Positions 10,528-19,549 of a stretch of 64,000 nt of DNA are shown piece by piece. The DNA comes from Gammaproteobacteria bacterium. GTDB taxonomy: Bacteria; Pseudomonadota; Gammaproteobacteria; DASZBR01. The position numbers and the translations under genes were made by a program. Each line of letters begins with the position of its first letter. Positions within the stretch are counted from its first letter, which is position 1. The stretch spans positions 61,794 through 125,793 of the forward strand of contig DASZBR010000017.1 in NCBI GenBank assembly GCA_035943935.1. Direction: 5' to 3'. Under the pieces are notes generated by a model. It saw nothing but the letters and a program-made list of their open reading frames with translations, was not told the DNA's origin and ran no database searches.

Positions 10528-11742
10528 ATGAACACAAACCAAATTAATGATAAACATCAAGGTAAATTTTTTGATATAGGCAAGTTAGTTTCCTCGATGC
10601 CTGAGTGTGTGTACTGGAAAGATACAAATGGAACGTACATGGGTTGTAACGATTTTATGCTGCATTTAGCAGGATTTAAATCACAGAATGAAATAATCGG
10701 AAAAAACGATCGTGATATCGGAAAGATGTTGGGATGGGCCGATGATGTTGTAGATGGAATTGTTACAGTCGATAAAGAAGTATTATCTAGTGGTGTTCCT
10801 AAACTTAATATTGAAGAACCTCCGCTTATTATGGCGGATGGAAATGTTGCATTTCAGAGAACAAGTAAAGTTCCCCTAAAAGATGATAAGGGAAATGTTG
10901 TTGGACTTATTGGTATTTCTATAGACATCACCGAACTCAAAAACTCTCAAGAACGCGAAAAACTTGCAGCAATCCGCATCGCTCAAGAAAAAGCACAAAC
11001 CGAAGCAGAAAAAGAACTCCGCCAAGCGGTCATGATTTTAGCGGGAAGTATTGCACATGATTTACGCACACCCATTTCTGTTATAAATCTAGAAGGACAT
11101 TCGCTTCAGCGATCGTTAAATTATTTATTAAAAATGTATCGCGATAGCGGCGATGATAAATTTTCGGATTCACAATTAAGTGATTTAGAAAAAGCAGGTG
11201 ATGAACTTCGCAAAATTGCAATGCAAATGCATGACTATGTCGAAGTGACATTGAAAACATTAAGTCGCGGATTAAAAGGCGGGTTAACACAGGAAGATCT
11301 CGTCGAATGTTCGATGTGGCATTGTATTCATAATACGCTCCTGCGATATCCTTTCTCGGAAGAACAAAAAAAATTAGTCGAATGGGATCAGGCGGATTTT
11401 AAATTTATGGGAAATGAATTGCTGACCGTAAGAATATTTTCTAATTTGATCACGAATTCATTACAGCAAATCGAAAAAAATAAAACGGGCAAGATTTTTA
11501 TCAGTACTGAAAAAGCGGATTCTGGAAATATTATTCGATTTAAAGACACCGCTGGTGGCGCATCACCCGAAATCGTTAATCATCTCTTCGATGGCTACAA
11601 AACCACAAAAGAAAAGGGTACTGGAATTGGTTTAGCGTTCTGTAAAATGACGTTGGATAGCTTCGGTGGATCAATTAATTGTCACTCTGTCGAAGGTGAT
11701 TACATAGAATTTGTATTAAATTTCCCCGGAATTTCCTTGTAA
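10528..11742 (+). CDS. Soluble PAS-domain sensor histidine kinase (no TM segment, no receiver domain)
   Basis: PAS-like ECVYWKDTNGTYMGCNDF...IGISIDITELK, coiled linker, H-box SIAHDLRTPIS, N-box NLITNSLQQ, G-boxes KDTAGG and GTGIGLAF. Confidence 0.85.
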   Translation: MNTNQINDKHQGKFFDIGKLVSSMPECVYWKDTNGTYMGCNDFMLHLAGFKSQNEIIGKNDRDIGKMLGWADDVVDGIVTVDKEVLSSGVPKLNIEEPPLIMADGNVAFQRTSKVPLKDDKGNVVGLIGISIDITELKNSQEREKLAAIRIAQEKAQTEAEKELRQAVMILAGSIAHDLRTPISVINLEGHSLQRSLNYLLKMYRDSGDDKFSDSQLSDLEKAGDELRKIAMQMHDYVEVTLKTLSRGLKGGLTQEDLVECSMWHCIHNTLLRYPFSEEQKKLVEWDQADFKFMGNELLTVRIFSNLITNSLQQIEKNKTGKIFISTEKADSGNIIRFKDTAGGASPEIVNHLFDGYKTTKEKGTGIGLAFCKMTLDSFGGSINCHSVEGDYIEFVLNFPGISL

Positions 11743-11778
11743 TAGCCTGCCTACATCCGTTACAATTGCCGCCAATGA

Positions 11779-11855
<77 letters not shown>

Positions 11856-11874
11856 AAATTAATGTGAATGATGG

Positions 11875-11899
11875 AAACCCCTTTAAGGGGTTTTTTATT
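11875..11899 (+). terminator. Hairpin plus T-run after metY (terminator/attenuator ahead of rimP)
   Basis: AAACCCC-tttaa-GGGGTTT followed by TTTTATT. Confidence 0.65.
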
Positions 11900-11911
11900 G
11901 GCTAAATTTTT

Positions 11912-12388
11912 ATGCGAAACGTCACACCAGCAGCATTGGAAGCGATACTGATTCCCGCATTAGCGGCGGTTGGCTATACGTTTTGGGGCTGTCAGGTGGA
12001 GTTTTCAAAGCGTCCCGTGTTACGAATTTTTATGGATAAAACGGGTGGAGTGACTGTCGATGACTGTACTCACGCAAGCCATCATATTAAAGCTGTTTTA
12101 GCCGTAGAAGCAAAAGGGCTCGATGACTATATATTAGAAGTATCGTCGCCCGGGATGGATAGACAATTGTTCAAGCTTGAGCACTATGAACAGTGCCAAG
12201 GGAGTGAAATCAAGTTGCGTTTGAGAAGGCCGCTGGAAAATCAGCGTAATTTTCAAGGGAAAATTGAAAAAATTGAGAACAATGCGGTTATACTCCACAC
12301 CGAAAAGGGTCTCATTGGTGTAGAATTTGAGAATATAGAGCGCGCCCAAGTGGTGCCAGAAATGAAAATTGAGGGCAAAAAACGATGA
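11912..12388 (+). CDS. rimP: Ribosome maturation factor RimP
   Basis: 158 aa. Position between metY and nusA; its stop overlaps the nusA start (ATGA). Confidence 0.85.
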   Translation: MRNVTPAALEAILIPALAAVGYTFWGCQVEFSKRPVLRIFMDKTGGVTVDDCTHASHHIKAVLAVEAKGLDDYILEVSSPGMDRQLFKLEHYEQCQGSEIKLRLRRPLENQRNFQGKIEKIENNAVILHTEKGLIGVEFENIERAQVVPEMKIEGKKR

Positions 12389-13893
12389 GTAAAGACACGT
12401 TGTTGCTTGTCGACGCACTGTCGAACGTAAAGGGGTTAGCTCCCGAAGTGGTTTTTGATGCGGCTGAACAAGGCATCAGGGAAGCTATCGTCACGACTTT
12501 TCGTAAGATGCATGGCACGGATTTAGATCTCAAAGTAAAAATAGACCGCGTGAGCGGTGACTATGTTATTTCTCGTCACTGGAAAGTGGTTGAAGATGGT
12601 CAAGTCGTTAATCCGGCCACAGAAATTGCACTGTCTGATGCACAGAAGAAAAATGCTAACGTCGAAGCGGGTGCAGAATTAAACGAACCGATGGAATCCA
12701 TTGAGTTCGGTCGTATTACCTCGCGCACGGCAAAACAATACATCATGAAGAAAATCCGCGAAGCGGAAATGACTCAAATCGTGGATTCTTATAGGCAGCG
12801 CGTGGGTGAATTAATGTCCGGCGTTGTTCAACGTGTCGCTCGCGAATTCGTCACGGTAGATTTAGGCAATAATGTAGAGGGAATATTTTTACGCGAAGAA
12901 ATGTTACCGCGCGAAGCTGTGCGTGCCGGTGATAGATTGCGTGGCTATTTATACGAAGTGCGATCCGATGGTCGTAGTACGCAATTATTATTGTCCCGTA
13001 ATCGTCCTGAAATGTTAGTGGAATTATTTAAAATAGAAGTGCCGGAAATCGCAGAACAATTAATTCAAGTGAAAAGCTCTGCGCGCGATCCGGGCGTACG
13101 TGCAAAAATTGCGGTTAAAACAAACGATGGCAGAATTGATCCGATTGGTGCGTGTGTCGGTATGCGTGGTTCACGTGTACAAGCGGTGTCGAGCGAATTA
13201 GGTGGTGAGCGTATTGATATTGTGTTGTGGGATGATAATCCAGCGCAAATGGTCATTAATGCAATGGCACCTGCAGAAGTTGCCTCCATTGTTGTTGATG
13301 AAGAGTCACACTCTATTGATGTTGCGGTAGATGAAGATCAATTGTCTTTAGCGATTGGCAAAAATGGGCAGAACGTAAGATTGGCTAGCCAATTAACGGG
13401 TTGGACATTGAATGTCATGAGCAAAGCGCAAGCTGAAGAAAAACATCAATTAGAAGCACAAAAAGTGATTCAATTATTCGTCGATGAATTGGGTGTTGAT
13501 GAAGATCTTGGTAAGATATTAGTCGACCAAGGATTTACAACAGTCGAAGAAGTCGCGTATGTTGCACCTGAAGAATTATTAGCTATTGAAGGATTCGATG
13601 AAGAAATTGTAGAAGCTTTACGAAGTCGTGCGAAAGATATTTTATTAACCAAAGCGATTGCAAGTGAGGAGCGCTTAGTGGAAGGTGAACCAGCAGCAGA
13701 TTTATTGGAACTTGAGGGGATGACGCAAGCGTTGGCAAATGAATTAGCGCGCAAAGGTATCGTGACGCGTGAAGATTTGGCTGAGCAAGGTGTTGCGGAT
13801 CTATTGGATGTGGTTGAAAATTTAGAAGCATCGAAAGCGGCTGAATTAATTATGCTTGCGCGTGCACCGTGGTTTGCCGATGAAAAGAAGTAG
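12385..13893 (+). CDS. nusA: Transcription termination/antitermination factor NusA
   Basis: 502 aa with S1 and KH regions (DPIGACVGMRGSRVQAVSSELGGERIDIV) and C-terminal acidic repeats. Confidence 0.95.
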   Translation: MSKDTLLLVDALSNVKGLAPEVVFDAAEQGIREAIVTTFRKMHGTDLDLKVKIDRVSGDYVISRHWKVVEDGQVVNPATEIALSDAQKKNANVEAGAELNEPMESIEFGRITSRTAKQYIMKKIREAEMTQIVDSYRQRVGELMSGVVQRVAREFVTVDLGNNVEGIFLREEMLPREAVRAGDRLRGYLYEVRSDGRSTQLLLSRNRPEMLVELFKIEVPEIAEQLIQVKSSARDPGVRAKIAVKTNDGRIDPIGACVGMRGSRVQAVSSELGGERIDIVLWDDNPAQMVINAMAPAEVASIVVDEESHSIDVAVDEDQLSLAIGKNGQNVRLASQLTGWTLNVMSKAQAEEKHQLEAQKVIQLFVDELGVDEDLGKILVDQGFTTVEEVAYVAPEELLAIEGFDEEIVEALRSRAKDILLTKAIASEERLVEGEPAADLLELEGMTQALANELARKGIVTREDLAEQGVADLLDVVENLEASKAAELIMLARAPWFADEKK

Positions 13894-13919
13894 TCGGTCG
13901 AAATGAGAGGGTTTGAGCA

Positions 13920-16403
13920 ATGGCGGAAGTGGCTATCAAGAAAAATGTGGGTGTCACTGTCGACGATCTGTGTAAGATGGTCGGCGTTTCCGCGTCCAAA
14001 TTGCTCGAGCAATTAAAAGAAGCGGGTGTTAGCGATGTTTCTTCTGCAGATACACGGTTAACCGAAGAGCAAAAGTTAAAATTACTCAGTTATTTACAAC
14101 GTCACCGTGGTGCTGAAAAAGAAACCACATTATCGACGTCCAAAAAAATTACCCTCAAACGTAAAAGTAGTGTCACCGAAATTAAAGTTTCCGGTGGAAC
14201 AGGACGATCAAAAACCGTCAGCGTAGAAGTGCGTAAAAAGCGGCCTATTATTAAGAAAATAGAAGAAGTTGAAGTTTCTCCTGTTGCTGAAATCATTGAG
14301 GTAAAACCAGAACCCGTTGTCGAGATTAAAGAAACGAAAGAAATAAAAGAAGTAAACGAAACCAAAAAACCAGAAGTACATAAACCGTCAAGCAGTAATA
14401 AAGCCGCGCCTAAAAAAGTCGAAGAATCTCAACAACATCGTGCGACACGAGAAATCAAAGAAAAAGAAGAAGTGAAGAAAGCCACAAAATTACGCGAAGA
14501 AAAAGAAAAATATCGTCATCGTCCTGAATTTTATTTGGGCGGTGGTGCTGAGGAAGAAGAAAATCTCAGCGGTCGTCCGCGCAGACGTTCTCATCGTCAT
14601 CGTCGTTACGAAGCGCAAAAAGCACCCGAAAAAGTCATGGGTCCGATTATTCGCGAAGTGTCTATTCCCGAAACGATTACGGTTTCAGAATTAGCGTCAA
14701 AAATGGCAGTTAAATCCGCTGAATTAATTAAATCCATGATGAACATGGGATTACTCGCGACCATCAATCAAGTTTTAGATCAAGATACGGCAACGTTAGT
14801 GGTTGAAGAAATGGGCCACACGCCGAAACGATTAAATGCAAATGCATTGGAAGAGGCGTTAGTTGCAGAACGTACGACAACGGCAGAATTATTACCACGT
14901 CCTCCTGTTGTAACCATTATGGGACATGTTGATCACGGTAAGACGTCTTTATTAGATTACATTCGTCGAACGCGAGTCACTCAAGGTGAAGCGGGTGGAA
15001 TTACACAGCATATCGGCGCTTATCATGTCGAAACACCAAAAGGGGTCATTACTTTCTTGGATACTCCCGGACACGCAGCATTTACAGCGATGCGTGCACG
15101 TGGTGCAAAATCAACGGATATTGTTGTTCTTGTGGTTGCAGCAGATGACGGCGTGATGCCACAAACGATTGAAGCGATTCAGCACGCCAAAGCAGCAAAT
15201 GTTCCTATCGTTGTTGCGGTGAATAAAATGGATAAATCGGGCGTTGATCCAGAACGTGTACGCATGGAATTATCACAACATAATGTGATTTCCGAAGCGT
15301 GGGGTGGTGATACGCAATTTGTGCCTATTTCTGCTAAAACCGGTCAGGGTATTGATGAGTTATTAGATTCACTCTTAATTCAAGCAGAATTATTAGAATT
15401 AAAAGCGGTTGTGAATGCTCCCGCCAAAGGTGTGGTCATTGAATCTCGCATGGACAAAGGTCGTGGTGCAGTCGCGACGGTTCTTGTTCAAACCGGTACG
15501 TTAAAGATTGGCGATATATTATTAGCCGGTCTTCAATATGGCCGTGTGAAAAAAATGAACGATGAAAATGGGCATCATGTTGAATCAGCAGGGCCATCAA
15601 TACCCGTTGAAGTATTAGGTTTAGCCGATGCGCCGGTTGCTGGTGATGATGCGGTTGTTGTGAGCGATGAGCGAAAAGCACGTGAAATTGCATTATTCCG
15701 TCAAGGTAAATTCCGTGATGTTCGATTAGCAAAACAATCACATACACTGGAAGATATGTTTTCACGCATTACCGAAGGCCAAACACAAACGCGCATATTA
15801 AACGTTGTGATTAAAGCAGACGTACAAGGTTCTGCAGAAGCGATTACTGACGCATTAATTAAATTGTCGACGGATGAAGTCAAAGTAAAAATTATTGCGA
15901 GCGGCGTGGGTGGAATTACAGAATCGGATTCAAATTTGGCCATCGCGTCTAAAGCCATTATTTTTGGATTCAATGTTCGTGCTGATGCGGGTTCGCGTAA
16001 ATTAATTGAACGTGAAGGTGTCGTATTACATTATCACAATATTATTTATGACATTATTAACGAAGTAAAAGGTTTATTAAGCGGCATGTTGTCGCCAGAA
16101 ATTAGAGAGACCATTGTTGGTTTAGCCGAAGTGCGCGATGTATTCCGTTCGCCGAAATTCGGATCGGTTGCCGGTTGTATGGTGATGGAAGGATTGGTGA
16201 AACGTAACTTCCCGATTCGTGTATTACGCAATAACGTCGTTATTTTTGAAGGTCAATTAGAATCTCTGCGTCGATTTAAAGATGATGCCAGTGAAGTGCG
16301 TCAAGGTATGGAATGCGGTATTGGTGTAAAAGATTACAACGATATTCATCCTGGCGATCAAATCGAAGTCTTTGAAACCAAGAAAGTGGCGCGGACGTTA
16401 TAG
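13920..16403 (+). CDS. infB: Translation initiation factor IF-2
   Basis: 827 aa. GTPase motifs [21 protein letters not shown]. Lys/Glu-rich N-terminal region. Confidence 0.95.
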   Translation: MAEVAIKKNVGVTVDDLCKMVGVSASKLLEQLKEAGVSDVSSADTRLTEEQKLKLLSYLQRHRGAEKETTLSTSKKITLKRKSSVTEIKVSGGTGRSKTVSVEVRKKRPIIKKIEEVEVSPVAEIIEVKPEPVVEIKETKEIKEVNETKKPEVHKPSSSNKAAPKKVEESQQHRATREIKEKEEVKKATKLREEKEKYRHRPEFYLGGGAEEEENLSGRPRRRSHRHRRYEAQKAPEKVMGPIIREVSIPETITVSELASKMAVKSAELIKSMMNMGLLATINQVLDQDTATLVVEEMGHTPKRLNANALEEALVAERTTTAELLPRPPVVTIMGHVDHGKTSLLDYIRRTRVTQGEAGGITQHIGAYHVETPKGVITFLDTPGHAAFTAMRARGAKSTDIVVLVVAADDGVMPQTIEAIQHAKAANVPIVVAVNKMDKSGVDPERVRMELSQHNVISEAWGGDTQFVPISAKTGQGIDELLDSLLIQAELLELKAVVNAPAKGVVIESRMDKGRGAVATVLVQTGTLKIGDILLAGLQYGRVKKMNDENGHHVESAGPSIPVEVLGLADAPVAGDDAVVVSDERKAREIALFRQGKFRDVRLAKQSHTLEDMFSRITEGQTQTRILNVVIKADVQGSAEAITDALIKLSTDEVKVKIIASGVGGITESDSNLAIASKAIIFGFNVRADAGSRKLIEREGVVLHYHNIIYDIINEVKGLLSGMLSPEIRETIVGLAEVRDVFRSPKFGSVAGCMVMEGLVKRNFPIRVLRNNVVIFEGQLESLRRFKDDASEVRQGMECGIGVKDYNDIHPGDQIEVFETKKVARTL

Positions 16404-16405
16404 TC

Positions 16406-16753
16406 ATGCCAACTAAATCCAGGCCTTCATTTCGTTTGGCTCGTGTCGCCGAACTTATTCAGCGTGAAATCGGCAATCTTATCGTTAATGAAGTCGAAGA
16501 TCCCCGATTAAAAAAAGTCACACTTTCCCGTGTAAAAATGTCGCCAGATTTACGTCATGCGCGAATTTCTTTTACCGTATTGGATGAAAAAGATGCGCAG
16601 TATTCTGCTAAAGCATTAAATAAAGCGGCGAATTTTTTCCGTAAGCATATTGCGAAAGAGTTGGAGTTACGTGTCGTTCCTGAATTATTTTTTGTTTATG
16701 ATGAAGCGTTACATGAAGCTGAAGATCTGGTGAATTTAATCAATAAATTATGA
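16406..16753 (+). CDS. rbfA: Ribosome-binding factor A
   Basis: 115 aa, directly after infB; RbfA-like RVAELIQREI N-terminus. Confidence 0.9.
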   Translation: MPTKSRPSFRLARVAELIQREIGNLIVNEVEDPRLKKVTLSRVKMSPDLRHARISFTVLDEKDAQYSAKALNKAANFFRKHIAKELELRVVPELFFVYDEALHEAEDLVNLINKL

Positions 16754-16775
16754 TCCCCCAGGGAGGACCATTTTT

Positions 16776-18500
16776 ATGCAAGGCCGTGTCGTTTACAAAC
16801 GCTTACTCACTTACTCAAGACAATATTGGCCACAATTTGTATTAGGAATTGCGGGTACGGTTATTTCTGCATTGCTGACCGCATCTTTCACCGGACTTAT
16901 CAGACCTTTACTCGATCAAGGATTTATTGCGCATAACGCGCGATTTATTCGATGGTTGCCGCTCTTGTTAATTGGCGTGTTTGCGCTTCGAACGGCCGCG
17001 AGCTTTGTTTCAAATTATTATATGTCGTGGACCGGACGCACGGTTGTCACAAAATTTCGCCAAGATTTATTTGCGCATTATATGCGGTTACCTGCCAGTT
17101 ATTTAGACAACAATACCTCAGGACAATTACTCGCTAAATTAATTTACAACGTTGAACAAGTCTCCCAAGCCTGTACCAATGCAATTGTGACCGTCGTCCA
17201 AGAAACCTGTTTTATCGCAGGCTGTATTGTTGTTATGTTTTTGAATTCGTGGCGGTTGTCGTTAATCTTTTTTATCGTAGCGCCTATCATTGCCATTATT
17301 GCCCGAAAATCCGGCAAAAAAATGCGTCATTTGAGTCAAAATGTACAACAAAGCATGAGTGGTGTAACACAAATTGCAGAAGAAGGGTTAAGCGGGTATC
17401 GCGTGATTCGTACGTTTGGTGCGGAAAGTTATGAAACAAAACGCTTTGATGCAATGGCTCTGAAAAATAGAGACCGCGAAATTAAAACGATTGTGACAAA
17501 TACGTTAGCAACGACTTATGTGCAATTCGTGATAGCACTGTTAATTTCAGCGACGGTGTATTTGGCGACAGCGAAATTAACGCATATTACGGCGGGAACA
17601 TTCGTATCTATTATCGCTGCAATGTTGGCGATGTTAAAACCCATGAAAAATCTTACCAGTGTAAATAGCACTATCCAGAAGGGTATTGCGGGCGCAGACA
17701 GTATTTTCGCCGTATTAGATGAACCACCGGAACCGGATCACGGAACTACCATTCTTGCACGATCAAAAGGCGATGTGGTATTCGACAAAGTTGCGTTTAC
17801 TTATCCCAACCATGAAAAAAGCGTTTTGAAAAATATTTCGTTTGAAATTAAACCGGGTCAAACCGTTGCGTTAGTCGGACGTTCGGGTAGTGGAAAAACA
17901 ACGTTAGTGAGTTTATTGCCCCGATTCTATGATAATTATTCTGGGAATATTCTTATCGATGATTTTGATATTCGCAACGTAACGTTAAAATCATTACGTG
18001 AACAACTTGCGTTAGTGTCTCAAAATGTTGTTTTATTTAATGATACGGTAAGAAACAATATCTCCTATGGGCGATTAGATGGCGTAACAGAAGAAGAAAT
18101 TATTCACGCGGCCGAAGCATCTTATTCTATGGAATTTATTAAAGAATTGCCGAATGGTTTAGATACACTCGTCGGTGAAAATGGCGTGTTACTTTCTGGC
18201 GGCCAACGTCAGCGTCTAGCTATTGCCAGAGCATTATTAAAAAATTCCCCCATATTAATTTTAGATGAAGCGACATCGTCACTGGATACCGAATCTGAAC
18301 GCCATATTCAAGATGCGTTAGAATCCTTGATGAAAACGCGTACGACATTAGTTGTCGCGCATCGCTTATCTACCATAGAAAACGCAGATAAAATTATGGT
18401 CATGGATAGTGGTTCTATTGTTGAAATGGGCACCCATGAAGAATTATTAGCATTAAATGGTCATTATTCGCGTTTGCATCAGAAGCAGTTTAAAGACTGA
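16776..18500 (+). CDS. msbA: Lipid A export ABC transporter (permease + ATPase)
   Basis: 574 aa, 6-TM ABC exporter half-transporter. Long collinear similarity to E. coli MsbA (LLDQGF, YSWRLS, GQxxxxAEExLxGxxVI). Walker A GRSGSGKTT, signature LSGGQRQR. Confidence 0.85.
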   Translation: MQGRVVYKRLLTYSRQYWPQFVLGIAGTVISALLTASFTGLIRPLLDQGFIAHNARFIRWLPLLLIGVFALRTAASFVSNYYMSWTGRTVVTKFRQDLFAHYMRLPASYLDNNTSGQLLAKLIYNVEQVSQACTNAIVTVVQETCFIAGCIVVMFLNSWRLSLIFFIVAPIIAIIARKSGKKMRHLSQNVQQSMSGVTQIAEEGLSGYRVIRTFGAESYETKRFDAMALKNRDREIKTIVTNTLATTYVQFVIALLISATVYLATAKLTHITAGTFVSIIAAMLAMLKPMKNLTSVNSTIQKGIAGADSIFAVLDEPPEPDHGTTILARSKGDVVFDKVAFTYPNHEKSVLKNISFEIKPGQTVALVGRSGSGKTTLVSLLPRFYDNYSGNILIDDFDIRNVTLKSLREQLALVSQNVVLFNDTVRNNISYGRLDGVTEEEIIHAAEASYSMEFIKELPNGLDTLVGENGVLLSGGQRQRLAIARALLKNSPILILDEATSSLDTESERHIQDALESLMKTRTTLVVAHRLSTIENADKIMVMDSGSIVEMGTHEELLALNGHYSRLHQKQFKD

Positions 18501-18508
18501 GGCTATTC

Positions 18509-19402
18509 ATGGCCATCCCCCAACACATATTGGATCGTCTGCAAAAAAACGATCCTGATATTGTTGGCTTGAGTTTAAGCAGAGAAGTCGAATCAGATGA
18601 AGATGTTGTTAAATTAGTTAAAGCACTAAAAGATAATACGCATTTGAGATGGCTGACGATTCAAGGACGGTGGGGTCAACCAAGTATTGGTGATAGAAGT
18701 GCGGCGCTTTTTCGTTCTTGTCATCATCTCGTTTATTTGGATCTCAGTTACAACAAAAATATTACCAATAGTGGTGCAGCGGCATTAGCATTAAATACCT
18801 CTCTTGAAACACTTTTTTTGCGGGGTTGCAGTGTTACTCCAGAAGGTCTTAAACTGTTTTTAAACCATGATAGGGTCTTTGATTTAAGAATCGCAATTAC
18901 CTCTAGTCTCTCAGAAAAAATTACCGATGATGTTAAGGCAAAGCTCCAAGAGAATAAAGAAAAGTGGGAGTGTAAACTATTAGGGCAGAGACTTGAGAGG
19001 CTAAGTACTAATGAGTTGAGTGAGGAATTTTATATCTTCGTCAGGGAAAATCCAACTCACATTCAAAAGCTTTTGAAGCCGATTCAAGACATGGCGGCAA
19101 AAGATTTCCGACACACAGAGAATGCCATAACGGTGGGGTTGATTTTGTCTAATCATTTATCGAAATTAACAGGAATGGTGGCAAAGAAAGCGGCGGTGTA
19201 TGCGCAACGATACCGTATATTGCGTGAAGCGCCGCACGAAGAGTGTATAGCGTTTCAATCTGAGCGGAGATTGGAAAGAAAACGTTCGAGATCGTATTCG
19301 CTTACGCCTCCATCAGAAGCTACAGAAAGAAAAGCAGTTAAGTCTCAATCACTTTCGCTTTCACCGCCGCCTACACCTTGTTCGCTGTCACAATCAATTT
19401 AG
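18509..19402 (+). CDS. Eukaryotic-like RNI-type leucine-rich-repeat protein with Ser/Pro-rich tail; candidate effector
   Basis: 297 aa; SD GAGG. Repeats DVVKLVKALKDNTHLRWLTIQG / LVYLDLSYNKNITNSGAAALALNTSLETLFLRGCSVTPEGLK. C-terminus RSRSYSLTPPSEATERKAVKSQSLSLSPPPTPCSLSQSI. Confidence 0.7.
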   Translation: MAIPQHILDRLQKNDPDIVGLSLSREVESDEDVVKLVKALKDNTHLRWLTIQGRWGQPSIGDRSAALFRSCHHLVYLDLSYNKNITNSGAAALALNTSLETLFLRGCSVTPEGLKLFLNHDRVFDLRIAITSSLSEKITDDVKAKLQENKEKWECKLLGQRLERLSTNELSEEFYIFVRENPTHIQKLLKPIQDMAAKDFRHTENAITVGLILSNHLSKLTGMVAKKAAVYAQRYRILREAPHEECIAFQSERRLERKRSRSYSLTPPSEATERKAVKSQSLSLSPPPTPCSLSQSI

Positions 19403-19549
19403 TTAGGGAAATATCATTTATAATAAAATAAACCGTCTGAACAGGTTGTAGAAATATTAGTACATCAGGTACCATTGGTTTTGAAAGGGTATTATGTAAA
19501 GTAGTATTAGTTTCTTCAGGGACTAGAAAACGAATAACAGGGAGCAGTT

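Noticed and set aside
13470-14012. A 180-aa minus-strand ORF, and other antisense ORFs inside nusA, infB, msbA, the giants and the 1164-aa gene (e.g. 7609-7932, 15436-15765, 28225-28554, 28724-29068, 34265-34681, 40001-40408)
   Set aside because: Each is fully embedded antisense in a strongly supported gene and has a compositionally odd translation. They are treated as spurious.
19382-19402. C-terminal CaaX prenylation motifs on the effector-like proteins (LRR protein ...PCSLSQSI, giant 2 ...DSCSPNK)
   Set aside because: The Cys is not at position -4 in any of them, so no CaaX box can be claimed.
19399-19424. Possible PmrA box upstream of the 2322-aa gene (TTAGTTAGGGAAATATCATTTATAAT)
   Set aside because: The half-sites are TTAG rather than TTAA, they are not phased 11 bp apart, and the spacing to the TATAAT at 19419-19424 does not match the two good sites.
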